From contig DASZJB010000083.1 in the NCBI GenBank assembly GCA_035948615.1, positions 1-41,453 of the forward strand: 41,453 bases of DNA, written 5' to 3'. The first letter of the stretch is position 1. Each line of letters begins with the position of its first letter. Positions 40,518-41,453 of the stretch are shown one piece after another. This stretch comes from Candidatus Dormiibacterota bacterium (GTDB lineage: Bacteria > Chloroflexota > Dormibacteria > Aeolococcales > Aeolococcaceae). The notes beneath the pieces were generated by a model. The model ran no database searches. It had not been told where the DNA came from and was given only the letters and a program-made list of their open reading frames with translations. Made by a program: the position numbers and the translations under genes.

Positions 40518-41453
40518 GTGACTGACCGGTACCCGGTTCCAATGCATAGCCGGCGCTCGGCCCGGACTCCGCTCACCTCGGGCCTGCGTCGCCTGTTCGC
40601 GCTCCACGAAACCGCGCAGGCTCGTGGACTTCCCGTCGACCGGCTGCTCGAGGAGCTGGAAAACCGCACGGCGGCGGAGCGAAGCGTCTCTCGCCGGCGC
40701 TTCCTCGGCGGTGCAGCCGTCGTCGGCGCCGGGCTCGCACTCGGACCGGCGACGACCCGCGCGCTTGCGGCCGCGCGGCGTGCGTCGTCAGGGCAGGAGC
40801 CGAGCATCGCCGTGGTTGGGGCGGGGCTGGCCGGCCTGCGCTGCAGCCACATCCTCTGGACACGTCATCACATTCGATCAACCCTCTACGAAGGGCATCC
40901 ACAGCGAATCGGCGGCCGCTGCTGGTCGCTGCGCGACTACTTCTCCGACGGACTCATCACCGAGCACGGGGGTGCGTTCATCGATTCGAACCAGTACGCG
41001 GCGCTCCATCTTGCCGCGGAGCTCGGGCTTCAACTCGAGGACTACAACGGCGGAGAGCTGATCGGACTGCCGGAGGTGTACTGGTTCAACGGCGGGTACT
41101 ACACGTACGCCGAAGCGAGCGCGGATTGGGAGGCCTTCGGCTACAAGGCGTTCCACGCCGCGGTCAGCGAGTCGAACACGGCTTCCGGGCTCGCGCGTCT
41201 CGACAGGCTTTCCGCACCGGAATGGCTGGACAGCACGCCCATCGGTACCTCATCACGGTTCGGCAAGCTCATGCTCGCCAACACGGTCTCCGAGAACGGC
41301 GGCGATCCCGGTGACCAGTCAGCCCTCGACCTGATCGGTCTGACCGGCGTCAATCCACGCTCATCGCTCGATCCGCTGCCCGGTTACGACGAGAAGTGGC
41401 ACATCGTCGGTGGCAACGATCAGCTCGTGCACGGCATGGCAGCGCAGTTGCCG
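40518..41453 (+). CDS. Tat-signal flavin amine oxidase / FAD-dependent oxidoreductase, 3'-truncated by the window
   Basis: It is not in the ORF track because there is no stop before the window end. Hand translation shows the twin-arginine motif SRRRFLGGAAVVGAGLAL, the FAD fold IAVVGAGLAGL, and EHGGAFIDS and HIVGGNDQL, which are typical of amine oxidases. The start is GTG 40518 or ATG 40542. Confidence 0.85.
   Translation, partial: MTDRYPVPMHSRRSARTPLTSGLRRLFALHETAQARGLPVDRLLEELENRTAAERSVSRRRFLGGAAVVGAGLALGPATTRALAAARRASSGQEPSIAVVGAGLAGLRCSHILWTRHHIRSTLYEGHPQRIGGRCWSLRDYFSDGLITEHGGAFIDSNQYAALHLAAELGLQLEDYNGGELIGLPEVYWFNGGYYTYAEASADWEAFGYKAFHAAVSESNTASGLARLDRLSAPEWLDSTPIGTSSRFGKLMLANTVSENGGDPGDQSALDLIGLTGVNPRSSLDPLPGYDEKWHIVGGNDQLVHGMAAQLP

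Noticed and set aside
1-41453. Mobile elements, prophage or defense islands, CRISPR arrays, tandem repeats, rRNA/tRNA genes.
   Set aside because: Scanning by eye found no transposase, integrase or recombinase motifs, no terminal inverted repeats, no regularly spaced direct repeats and no tRNA-like cloverleaf regions. Composition looks uniform apart from short AT-richer promoter patches. This is a visual scan only, not a computed search.

Overview
Very GC-rich, gene-dense chromosomal window with actinobacterial hallmarks: many GTG starts, 4-nt GTGA/ATGA start-stop overlaps, leaderless-looking starts, a Tat signal, and MMPL and GT-C envelope genes. I call about 40 protein-coding genes. I see no rRNA or tRNA, no CRISPR array, and no transposase, integrase or phage genes. 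Left to right the window holds: MarR, a threonine-synthase-like PLP enzyme, a PHP phosphoesterase, a secreted Cys-rich/PKD protein, a beta-hydroxyacid dehydrogenase, and a membrane-anchored Kelch-like propeller. Next comes a small-peptide/di-heme cytochrome b/large-ectodomain operon, then an OmpR-type two-component system. After that is a ferredoxin/NuoF-like/ferric-reductase-domain operon, then two divergent GT-C glycosyltransferases, a Zn-ADH, an S9 dipeptidyl peptidase, an EamA exporter and an APC permease. These are followed by a divergent pair of EAL-GAF-GGDEF paralogs, ABC-2 exporter genes, an MMPL transporter, an FAD oxidoreductase and a third GT-C-like membrane protein. The window ends with an ECF sigma/anti-sigma/ABC operon and a Tat-signal amine oxidase that is cut by the window end. 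Four things stand out. (1) A split NOX-like electron-transfer operon at 12075-14911. (2) A 19-nt motif at identical spacing from a -10 box and a leaderless start, present upstream of two transcription units that flank the two-component system. (3) An orphan split cytochrome b module at 7890-9710. (4) A strongly SD-led 44-aa secreted peptide followed by a 255-nt leader with mutually exclusive pairings, between the two c-di-GMP paralogs. All function calls come from reading motifs by eye. No database search, folding program or statistic was run.
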